Below are positions 57,184-64,000 of a DNA stretch of 64,000 nucleotides, in pieces. Origin of the DNA: Gemmatimonadales bacterium. Its GTDB lineage: Bacteria; Gemmatimonadota; Gemmatimonadetes; Gemmatimonadales; JACORV01. Under the pieces are notes generated by a model. That model was not told the DNA's origin, made no database searches, and worked only from the letters and a program-made list of their open reading frames with translations. The stretch's first letter is position 1; each line of letters opens with the position of its first letter. The position numbers and the translations under genes are program-made. The DNA lies in the NCBI GenBank assembly GCA_030697825.1, contig JAUYOW010000135.1:8556-72555 (forward strand), given 5' to 3'.

Positions 57184-57468
57184 TCAGCCCGCTAGCAGCG
57201 CCCGGTACTCGGGGTGCCGCTCCACCACCGAGCCAACGAACCAGCAGCTCGGCATCACCTTGAGCCCGTTGGCCCGGGCGTAGTCGAGGGCGTGACGGAC
57301 GATCATCGAGCCGAAGAAGCGGCCGCGCGCCTCGAAGGGCACGAAGGTGCTCTGGAAGTCCAGCGTGTTCTCACCCGCCGGCGCATAGAGCAGATACGCC
57401 TCGCCGGCGTTGGTTTCCAGGACGAACTTGCGCCGAGCCTCGTCATGGCGGATGTCTAGCATCGTCAC
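57184..57468 (-). CDS. Small GNAT-family N-acetyltransferase (YjdJ-like)
   Basis: 94 aa. ...FVLETNAGEAYLLY....TLDFQSTFVPFEARGRFFGSMIVRHALDYARANGLKVMPSCWFV... matches the short GNAT-like family. Confidence 0.7.
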   Translation of the reverse strand: MTMLDIRHDEARRKFVLETNAGEAYLLYAPAGENTLDFQSTFVPFEARGRFFGSMIVRHALDYARANGLKVMPSCWFVGSVVERHPEYRALLAG

Positions 57469-57504
57469 CCGTTGAACTTAACGCCCCATCCACAGGAATC
57501 GCGT

Positions 57505-58578
57505 ATGCGACTCGCGCTCGTACCGCTCGGCCTCCTGACCGCCCTCACCGCCCTCGCCGCGACGGCGCGGGCTCAGCAACCCGGCTCCTTGACAGTCGGA
57601 GCCGTCACCGCGCGGCCGGGCGAGATGGCCTCCGGCTTCATCGAAGTGCCGGCGGGCGTGGACTCCGCGACGCGCATTCCGATCACCGTCGTGCGCGGCC
57701 GCACCCGCGGACCGACGCTCGCATTGATCGCGGGGACGCACGGCTCCGAGGTCGCGCCCATCGTCGCGCTACAGCGGGTGCGGCGGGAGCTGGATCCGGC
57801 GCGCCTCGCGGGTACGGTCATCCTGGTCCACATCGCGAACCTGCCGTCCTATCTCCGGCGCACCATCTACTACAGCCCGGTGGACGGGAAGAACCTCAAC
57901 CGCGTCTACCCCGGCCGCGCCGACGGCACCAGCTCCGAGCGCATCGCGTACGCGATGACGCGCGAGGTGATCGAGCGCGCGGATTACGTCGTTGACATGC
58001 ACGCCGGCGACGGCAACGAGTCGCTGCGGCCGTACAGCTACTGGATGCCGCTGCGGGTGGACGCTCGGGTGGACTCGCTCGCGCGCGAGATGGCGCTGGC
58101 CTGGGGCCTCGACCACATCGTCGTGGACACCACGCGCCCGCGCGACCCGAACGCCTCGGCGTACACGTCCAACACGGCGATGACGCGCGGCCGGCCGGCG
58201 ATCACGACCGAGACTGGCGCCCTCGGCATCGCGTCGGAGGAATCGGTGCAGCGCAACGTCACCGGCGCGTTCCGGCTGATGCGCTGGCTCCGCATGTGGC
58301 CGGGCGACATCGAGATGACCGAGCACCCGGTTTTCCTATCGCGGACCGAAGTGCTGCGCAGTCCGCGCACCGGCATCTGGTATCCGCTGGTCGAGCGCGG
58401 GCAGACCGTGCAGCAGGGGACGGTACTGGGCTACGTCACGGACTTCTTCGGGACGTCGCGGACGGAGATCCGCGCGCCCTTTGCCGGCGCGGTGCTCTAT
58501 GTGGTGGGAACGCCGGCCATGACCGAGGGCGAGCCGGTTGGGATGATCGGGGAGCCGTCGCGCGGGGACCGGCGCTAG
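57505..58578 (+). CDS. Succinylglutamate desuccinylase/aspartoacylase (AstE/AspA, M14-like) family protein, secreted
   Basis: ATG 57505 (MRLALVPLGLLTALTALAATARAQ...). ...ALIAGTHGSEVAP..., NLNRVYPG, DMHAGDGNE are characteristic. Confidence 0.8.
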   Translation: MRLALVPLGLLTALTALAATARAQQPGSLTVGAVTARPGEMASGFIEVPAGVDSATRIPITVVRGRTRGPTLALIAGTHGSEVAPIVALQRVRRELDPARLAGTVILVHIANLPSYLRRTIYYSPVDGKNLNRVYPGRADGTSSERIAYAMTREVIERADYVVDMHAGDGNESLRPYSYWMPLRVDARVDSLAREMALAWGLDHIVVDTTRPRDPNASAYTSNTAMTRGRPAITTETGALGIASEESVQRNVTGAFRLMRWLRMWPGDIEMTEHPVFLSRTEVLRSPRTGIWYPLVERGQTVQQGTVLGYVTDFFGTSRTEIRAPFAGAVLYVVGTPAMTEGEPVGMIGEPSRGDRR

Positions 58579-59531
58579 GGCGGGCCGGACCCCTCCGGAC
58601 GCTCGGGCATCACCGTATCGAGCCACCTGGTCGTCGAGTCGTTCAGCGCGCTGAGGAGCGCCGCGTCGTCCGGCCGCAGGTGGCGGCCACCCACCCAGAT
58701 CACTCGCTTCGGCTCACCGGCCGCTTGGTAGAGCGCCTCCACCGATCGGCGTGGGATCCATTCATCGTTGGCCCCGTTCACGAGGAGCAGCGGACGCGGC
58801 GCGATGAGACCGACCCACCGGGTAGGCTCGAGCGGACGCAGGACGAAAGCTATCGCCGCCGCCGTAACCCTGCGCAGCGGGCGCCACGTGATCTCCTTTT
58901 CCAGCCGGCTGTCCCAGACCAGCCGCATGTTGCCGCCACCGAACAACAGCGCGACCGCCCTGGGGCGCGGATCGCCGCTCGCCCACGCCACCACGCCTGG
59001 AACGCCGAGGCTCGCGCCGATGGCGCCAAGCCGGGCGGGGTCGACGTCCGGCCGATTCGCGAGGTAGTCGGCGGCAACGGCGAGCGCCTGAGGTGTCGCG
59101 ATGATCCTCGCCCGTACCGCGGGCAGCCTTAGGAGCAGCGCAGGCAGGGAGAGACGCGAGGGATCGCGCCACGGGTAGTCGCACGACAACACGATGCCGC
59201 CGTAGGCCGGATTCACGAGCAGCGCGGCCCGGCGTCCAGTTTCGATGCCTCCCGACACGAGCGCGGCCGGGAACCGCCGCCCGGCCGCTCCAGGCGCCGG
59301 CCTGCGCAGGATGCAGTCGAGCCGCAGCCCTCCACTTGTGGTCAGCGTCACCTGCTCGACGACGACACCGGCGCCGCTCGAGTCGGCCACCTCCGCACGC
59401 GCATTGGAGAGCCAACCGTGGTCTACCGGCCGGCCGGTCGCGAGCCACCCTGCCACGGCCAGCACCAGACCCACCGCGCCGGCCCGCGCGAGCCGGTGCC
59501 GGAGCGTACGACGCGTTGAGGAATCCTTCAC
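58575..59531 (-). CDS. Alpha/beta-hydrolase-like protein (dienelactone-hydrolase-like), membrane-anchored
   Basis: 318 aa. N-terminal TM, nucleophile-elbow-like GASLGV, and a C-terminal ...LLVNGANDEWIP... pattern. Last gene of the HK-RR operon (4-nt overlap with the RR gene). Confidence 0.55.
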   Translation of the reverse strand: MKDSSTRRTLRHRLARAGAVGLVLAVAGWLATGRPVDHGWLSNARAEVADSSGAGVVVEQVTLTTSGGLRLDCILRRPAPGAAGRRFPAALVSGGIETGRRAALLVNPAYGGIVLSCDYPWRDPSRLSLPALLLRLPAVRARIIATPQALAVAADYLANRPDVDPARLGAIGASLGVPGVVAWASGDPRPRAVALLFGGGNMRLVWDSRLEKEITWRPLRRVTAAAIAFVLRPLEPTRWVGLIAPRPLLLVNGANDEWIPRRSVEALYQAAGEPKRVIWVGGRHLRPDDAALLSALNDSTTRWLDTVMPERPEGSGPP

Positions 59532-60184
59532 TCGTCGTTCAACATCCCTTGCTCGATCGCGAATCGCGTGAGGCCCGCGACGGTGCGGATCCCCAGCTTC
59601 TTCATCAGGCTGTCTCGGTGCGCCTCCGCCGTGCGCGTGCTGATCCCCAGCTCCGCCGCCGTCTCCTTGTTGGTGAGGCCCCGCGCGATCCGGGTCAGCA
59701 CCTCGCGCTCCCGTGCCGTCAGCGCTTCCAGCAGGGCGCCCGCGGCCGGCGCCGGCTGCTCGCGGATAGCGGCCGTCAGGTGCCGCGCCACCTGGGGGCT
59801 GAAGAAAGCACCCCCCTCGTGGACCGCGCGGATCGCCTCGCGGAGTTCCGCGGGAGTCGTGTCCTTGCGCAGGTAGCCGTGCGCGCCGGCGCGCACGCTC
59901 TCCACCACATACTCCGTGTCGTCGTGCACGCTGAGGATGAGGACGCGCGCCTCGGGCACCCGTTCCCGCAGCCTGCCAACCACCCGCAACCCCGATCCTC
60001 CCGGCATCGATATGTCGAGCACGACCACGTCGGGCCGGTGCACCTCGGCCAACGCGAGCGCCTCGTCACCCGTCGCGGCCTCGGCCACCATGACGAATCC
60101 CGGTGCGCCGGCCAGCACGGTCCGGATGCCTTCGCGCACCACGCTGTGGTCGTCCGCGACCAGGACCCTGATATCGCCGCTCAC
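59528..60184 (-). CDS. NarL/FixJ (LuxR-type HTH) response regulator
   Basis: 218 aa. Receiver domain (VLVADDH...VVVLDISMPGGSG...) and LuxR HTH (LTAREREVLTRIARGLTNKETAAELGISTRTAEAHR). Confidence 0.9.
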   Translation of the reverse strand: MSGDIRVLVADDHSVVREGIRTVLAGAPGFVMVAEAATGDEALALAEVHRPDVVVLDISMPGGSGLRVVGRLRERVPEARVLILSVHDDTEYVVESVRAGAHGYLRKDTTPAELREAIRAVHEGGAFFSPQVARHLTAAIREQPAPAAGALLEALTAREREVLTRIARGLTNKETAAELGISTRTAEAHRDSLMKKLGIRTVAGLTRFAIEQGMLNDE

Positions 60185-61971
60185 GCGTCCACTCCCATCC
60201 GCGGTGCCGCACCGCCGTTCGCCGGGATCCGGATCTCGAGCTCAGCGCCGCCCTCGGCGTGCCCACTTACCCGAACCGTCCCGCCCAACGCGGTGATCCG
60301 TTCGCGCATCCCCGCCAAGCCCAGGTGTCCCTCCCGCTCGAGCCGGTCAAGGTCGAACCGCCCGTCAAAGCCCCGGCCGTCGTCGCGCACGTCCAGCGCC
60401 ACGACCCCACGGTCCGCCGCGAGACGCACCGCGACCCGTCGCGCGCCCGCGTGCTTCACGACGTTCGACAACGCCTCCTGGAGCGCGCGGAACAGCGCCA
60501 GCTCCGCCTCTTCGCTGAAGGACGGTAACTCCTCCGGGAAGTCCACCTCGACTTCGATCTCTCCGCGCTCGGCGAACGACGCCGCGAGCGAGCGCAGCGC
60601 CGGCAGCAGGCCCAGGTCGTCGAGCAGCGACGGCCTGAGGTCGCGGGTCACGTTGCGGATCGACCGCATCCCCGTGTCGATCAGCTCCAGGGCACGCTCC
60701 AGCCGCCCCGCCGTCGCCGGGTCCGTCTGTTCCCGCAGCACACCCAGCTGGAGCTTCACCGCGGCGAATACCTGCGCCGTCTCGTCGTGGAGGTGCAGCG
60801 ACAACCGGCGCCGCTCCTCCTCGTGCTGTTCGATCATCCGCGCCTGGAGCCGCGTCAGTTCAGCGGTGCGGGCTTCGAGGCCGCGATAGAGGTCCGCGTT
60901 CTCGAGCGCCGCGCCGATCTGCTGGCCGAGCGCGAGGAGAAAGCCCTCGTCGAGCGCCGCGAACGGATCGCGCGCGTCCCCGACGATGACCAGCGCCGCC
61001 GTCGCCACCGGACCGCGCAGGATCGGCAGCACGACGGCGTAGGCGTAAGGCGGCCCGAACGGGAAACGCGGGTCCACCCACTCGCGCGTGAACTGCGGAT
61101 GTCCGCCCTCGATCGCCCGCGTGATCGCGCGCGCCGGGTCACCCTCCGGGGTGAGCCCGTCCCATCGCGCGCAGGCGCCCACTCCGCGCAGGAACCGGGC
61201 GCGCCCACCCTCGAGCACGTACATCGCGCTTCCCCGGGCGGCCGGAAGCGAGAGCGGGCGCTGGAGCAGCATGCCGAGGTCGTCGCTGTCGGGGCCGCCG
61301 CGCTGCAGGTCCCCCGAGAGCGTCGAGAGCGCGGTGAGGCCGCGCCGAAGGTCGTCGAGCACGAGCACCAGGATCCCCGTGCCCGTCGCCAGCACGAAGA
61401 GGATGTCGAGGTAGTAGCCCCAGGGGCTCCACGCCCCGCGCGCCCGGAGGAACGGATAGTCGAGGTGATGGAGCCCCCACAACAGCAGCGCCACGGCCAG
61501 CAGCGCCGCGCCGGGCGAGCGAACCTGCCGGGCGAACCTGGCGAAGATGCCGCCGGTCGAGAACGTGACGACGGAAAGGAACAGGACCGCCGGTCCGGCG
61601 GCCAGCAGGAAGTTGTCGAGCCGGTAGATCGCGACGTACGACCACACCAGCGGGAAGAGCATGACGCCCAGGTAGCGCCACCGCCACGCCAGCTGGCGCG
61701 AGAAGACGAGCGCGGCCCACAGGAGCGCGAGCGCGGTCCAACCCGTCACGACCTGGTGCCAGTAGAGCCACGTCCGGTCGCCCGTCACGAGGAAGCTCAT
61801 GATGGCGACGACGCGCAGCAGGTAGAGCGCCCACGCGAGCGCGAACCACCGGAAATACGGCTTGCGGTAGCGATGGTACAGGAAGGCGCAGATCGCCGCC
61901 AGGCCGAAGGTGATGGCGGCCTGAAGGACGGCGGCGGATAGTTCGCTCGCGGGAACGGCGGCGGTATTCAT
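60181..61971 (-). CDS. Sensor histidine kinase: multi-TM N-terminal domain, GAF-like domain, HisKA_3 and HATPase_c
   Basis: 596 aa. About 6 TM helices, H-box ...RRRLSLHLHDETAQV..., and ATPase motifs ...ALSNVVKHAGA..., DDGRGF, GLAGMRER. Confidence 0.85.
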   Translation of the reverse strand: MNTAAVPASELSAAVLQAAITFGLAAICAFLYHRYRKPYFRWFALAWALYLLRVVAIMSFLVTGDRTWLYWHQVVTGWTALALLWAALVFSRQLAWRWRYLGVMLFPLVWSYVAIYRLDNFLLAAGPAVLFLSVVTFSTGGIFARFARQVRSPGAALLAVALLLWGLHHLDYPFLRARGAWSPWGYYLDILFVLATGTGILVLVLDDLRRGLTALSTLSGDLQRGGPDSDDLGMLLQRPLSLPAARGSAMYVLEGGRARFLRGVGACARWDGLTPEGDPARAITRAIEGGHPQFTREWVDPRFPFGPPYAYAVVLPILRGPVATAALVIVGDARDPFAALDEGFLLALGQQIGAALENADLYRGLEARTAELTRLQARMIEQHEEERRRLSLHLHDETAQVFAAVKLQLGVLREQTDPATAGRLERALELIDTGMRSIRNVTRDLRPSLLDDLGLLPALRSLAASFAERGEIEVEVDFPEELPSFSEEAELALFRALQEALSNVVKHAGARRVAVRLAADRGVVALDVRDDGRGFDGRFDLDRLEREGHLGLAGMRERITALGGTVRVSGHAEGGAELEIRIPANGGAAPRMGVDA

Positions 61972-62114
61972 GGCTGCGCCGGCCAGACGACCACGCGGCC
62001 GCGGTAGCGGGAGAAGCTCCGCCCCGGCGCCGGCCGCGTCGGCGTGCCGGAGGCCACGAGTGCGAAGCCGCCGCAGCCCTCCAACGCATCCCCGAACGCA
62101 TCGATCAGCGACAC
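61968..62114 (-). CDS. Unlisted 48-codon ORF translationally coupled (ATGA overlap) to the histidine kinase start; coding status uncertain
   Basis: Hand translation from GTG 62114: VSLIDAFGDALEGCGGFALVASGTPTRPAPGRSFSRYRGRVVVWPAQP. 44 of 48 codons end in G/C, as in genuine genes here. An in-frame TAG lies 9 nt (three codons) upstream of the GTG. Confidence 0.3.
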   Translation of the reverse strand: MSLIDAFGDALEGCGGFALVASGTPTRPAPGRSFSRYRGRVVVWPAQP

Positions 62115-62318
62115 CCCACCATTCTAGTCCGATTCACCGGCCGCTGCACGGATACCGCCGCTCAAGAAGCCTCTAGGACATCCTTGAGCCGCTCGAGGGC
62201 GTCCGACCAAGGGCTATCGCGGGCGGGTTCGGCCCCCTCTCACGCAACCGAGCGGGCCGGCGTAACGTAGTAGTGTCGCACCCCCTTCGACCCGACCCAC
62301 GCACGCCGAGGTTCCGCC

Positions 62319-64000
62319 ATGCCGGTATCACGCCATGCCTTCGTCGCCCCGTTCGCCCTCGCCCTCGCGCTTCCGACCGGCGTGATGGCGCAGCGCCGCG
62401 CCGCCCCCGCCCCCGCCCCTGCCCCTGCGGCCATGGCGGGCGCGGCGTACGACACCTCGCTCTTCCGGGCGCTCACCTGGCGCTCGATCGGGCCGTTCCG
62501 CGGCGGTCGCGTGACCGCGGCCACCGGCGTCGTCGGCCAGCCATATGTCTACTACATGGGCGCTACCGGCGGCGGCGTCTGGAAGACGACCGACGGCGGG
62601 ATGACGTGGCTCCCCGTTTCCGACGCCTTCTTCGGCGCCGGATCGATCGGCGCGATCGAGGTCGCGGCGTCGGACCCGAACGTGGTATTCGTCGGCACGG
62701 GCGAGTCGCCGATCCGCGGCAACGTCTCGCCCGGCGACGGCATGTACAAGTCCACCGACGCCGGCCGCACCTGGTCGCACGCCGGCCTCCGCAACGCGGG
62801 CCAGATCGGCGCGATCCGCGTCCACCCGGCGAATCCGGACCTCGTCTACGTCGCGGTCCTCGGCCACGCCTTCGGCCCCAACAGCGAGCGCGGAGTCTTC
62901 CGTTCGCGCGACGGGGGAACGACGTGGGAGAAGATCCTGTTCCGGAGCGACAGCGCCGGCGCGATCGATCTCGCGATGGACCCGGCGAACCCGCGGATCC
63001 TGTACACCGCGTTCTGGCAGGCGGTGCGCCGGCCCTGGACTATGGAGAGCGGCGGGCCCGGCAGCGGCCTCTTCAAGTCCACCGATGGCGGCGACACCTG
63101 GACGGAGATCACGCGCAACCCCGGCCTGCCGCGCGGGGTCATCGGAAAGATCGGCGTCACCGTCTCGCACGTGAACCACGACCGGGTGTGGGCGATCGTC
63201 GAGGCGGACAGCGGCGGCGTCTTCCGCTCCGAAGACGGCGGCGCGACGTGGACCCGGCTCAACGAGGACCGCCGGCTCCGGCAGCGCGCCTGGTACTACT
63301 CCCACATCCACGCCGATCCCCAGGACAACGAGACCGTGTACGTGCTCAACACGGGGTTCTACCGCTCGGTGGACGGCGGCCGCACCTACACGACGATCGC
63401 GACGCCCCACGGCGACAACCACGCGCTCTGGATCGATCCGCACGACAACCGGCGGATGATCAACGGCAACGACGGCGGCGCCAACGTGACGTACAACGGC
63501 GGCGTGACCTGGACCGGCCAGGACAACCAGCCTACGGCGCAGTTCTACCACGTCACCGCGACCAATGACTTCCCCTACCAGGTGTGCGGCGCGCAGCAGG
63601 ACAACAGCACCCTGTGCACCGCGACGCGGACCACCGGGAACGGCATCGGGCGGGCCAACTGGTATACGGTGGGGGGGTGCGAGAGCGGCTACATCGCGGT
63701 GCGCCCGGACGACACCAACATCTCCTACGCGGGCTGCTACGGCGGCTACCTCGAACGCCACGACCGGCGCACCGGGCAGGAGCGGAACATCATGGTCTGG
63801 CCGGACAATCCGATGGGCTGGGGCGCGGCCGACCTCCGGTACCGCTTCCAGTGGACCTTCCCGATCGTCCTCGCGCCCAACGACCCGAACACGATGTACG
63901 TGGGCGGCAACCTAGTCTTCCGCACCACCAACGAGGGCCAGAGCTGGACGGCCATCAGCCCCGACCTCACGCGCAACGACCCGACCAAGGGGCAGCCCTC
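62319..64000 (+). CDS. Sortilin/VPS10-like BNR (Asp-box) repeat protein, secreted; 3' end beyond the window
   Basis: Not in the ORF track because there is no stop in the window. Hand translation from ATG 62319: MPVSRHAFVAPFALALALPTGVMAQ..., with repeated Asp-boxes (KTTDGGMTW, KSTDAGRTW, RSRDGGTTW, KSTDGGDTW, RSEDGGATW, RSVDGGRTY, TTNEGQSW). Confidence 0.85.
   Translation, partial: MPVSRHAFVAPFALALALPTGVMAQRRAAPAPAPAPAAMAGAAYDTSLFRALTWRSIGPFRGGRVTAATGVVGQPYVYYMGATGGGVWKTTDGGMTWLPVSDAFFGAGSIGAIEVAASDPNVVFVGTGESPIRGNVSPGDGMYKSTDAGRTWSHAGLRNAGQIGAIRVHPANPDLVYVAVLGHAFGPNSERGVFRSRDGGTTWEKILFRSDSAGAIDLAMDPANPRILYTAFWQAVRRPWTMESGGPGSGLFKSTDGGDTWTEITRNPGLPRGVIGKIGVTVSHVNHDRVWAIVEADSGGVFRSEDGGATWTRLNEDRRLRQRAWYYSHIHADPQDNETVYVLNTGFYRSVDGGRTYTTIATPHGDNHALWIDPHDNRRMINGNDGGANVTYNGGVTWTGQDNQPTAQFYHVTATNDFPYQVCGAQQDNSTLCTATRTTGNGIGRANWYTVGGCESGYIAVRPDDTNISYAGCYGGYLERHDRRTGQERNIMVWPDNPMGWGAADLRYRFQWTFPIVLAPNDPNTMYVGGNLVFRTTNEGQSWTAISPDLTRNDPTKGQP

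Noticed and set aside
62273-63761. ORFs 62273..63568 (+) and 62328..63761 (-)
   Set aside because: The real gene is the third + frame from ATG 62319. That frame has a signal peptide and repeated Asp-boxes and runs off the window end, so it is absent from the track.

Overview
High-GC (about 70% by eye) bacterial chromosomal segment, densely packed with housekeeping and metabolic genes. The gene content (Oar-like TonB-dependent receptor, sortilin/BNR protein, Ser/Thr-kinase-TPR relic, many lipoproteins) resembles Gemmatimonadota or Acidobacteriota; this is inference only. No rRNA, tRNA or CRISPR array was found.

Recognisable content:
- M16 peptidase (5' partial), glutamate dehydrogenase, cyclase-family protein.
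- tesA-like/ybbA/ybbP-like ABC block, DPP-IV, pntAA-pntAB-pntB.
- PAS-GGDEF-EAL protein, uppS, NPP phosphodiesterase, sucA.
- CDA-fold deaminase and a three-subunit xanthine-dehydrogenase-family enzyme.
- An egtD-egtB operon coupled to an OpuB/C-type betaine ABC importer.
- A Rieske-flavoprotein fusion, MFS transporter, rsgA, M28 peptidase plus ATP-grasp ligase, NifU.
- solA-like oxidase, a carbamoyltransferase/SxtJ/SxtK-like triad, a NarL-type two-component system and a BNR/sortilin-like protein (3' partial).

Most interesting observation: two low-GC patches (22.47-23.91 kb on the minus strand, 40.93-43.45 kb on the plus strand) look like integrase-less arrays of integron-type gene cassettes.
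- ORFs are followed by imperfect palindromes that begin with RYYYAAC and end with GTTRRRY.
- One site (41507-41604) has a textbook attC fold.
- Two sites in the two arrays are homologous, with compensatory base changes.
- One array carries two toxin-antitoxin pairs.
- The other carries four ORFs of unknown function, including a bicistronic membrane-protein/S1-domain cassette whose 3' end is a host-like PNPase fragment.

A second recurring feature is a family of 7-8-nt tandem repeats filling intergenic spacers. These include an intercistronic (GGUGAUA)n array that mimics Shine-Dalgarno / anti-16S-tail sequence.

All family calls come from reading the translations; no database search was run. 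Many long track ORFs are antisense or out-of-frame shadows typical of high-GC DNA and were discarded.
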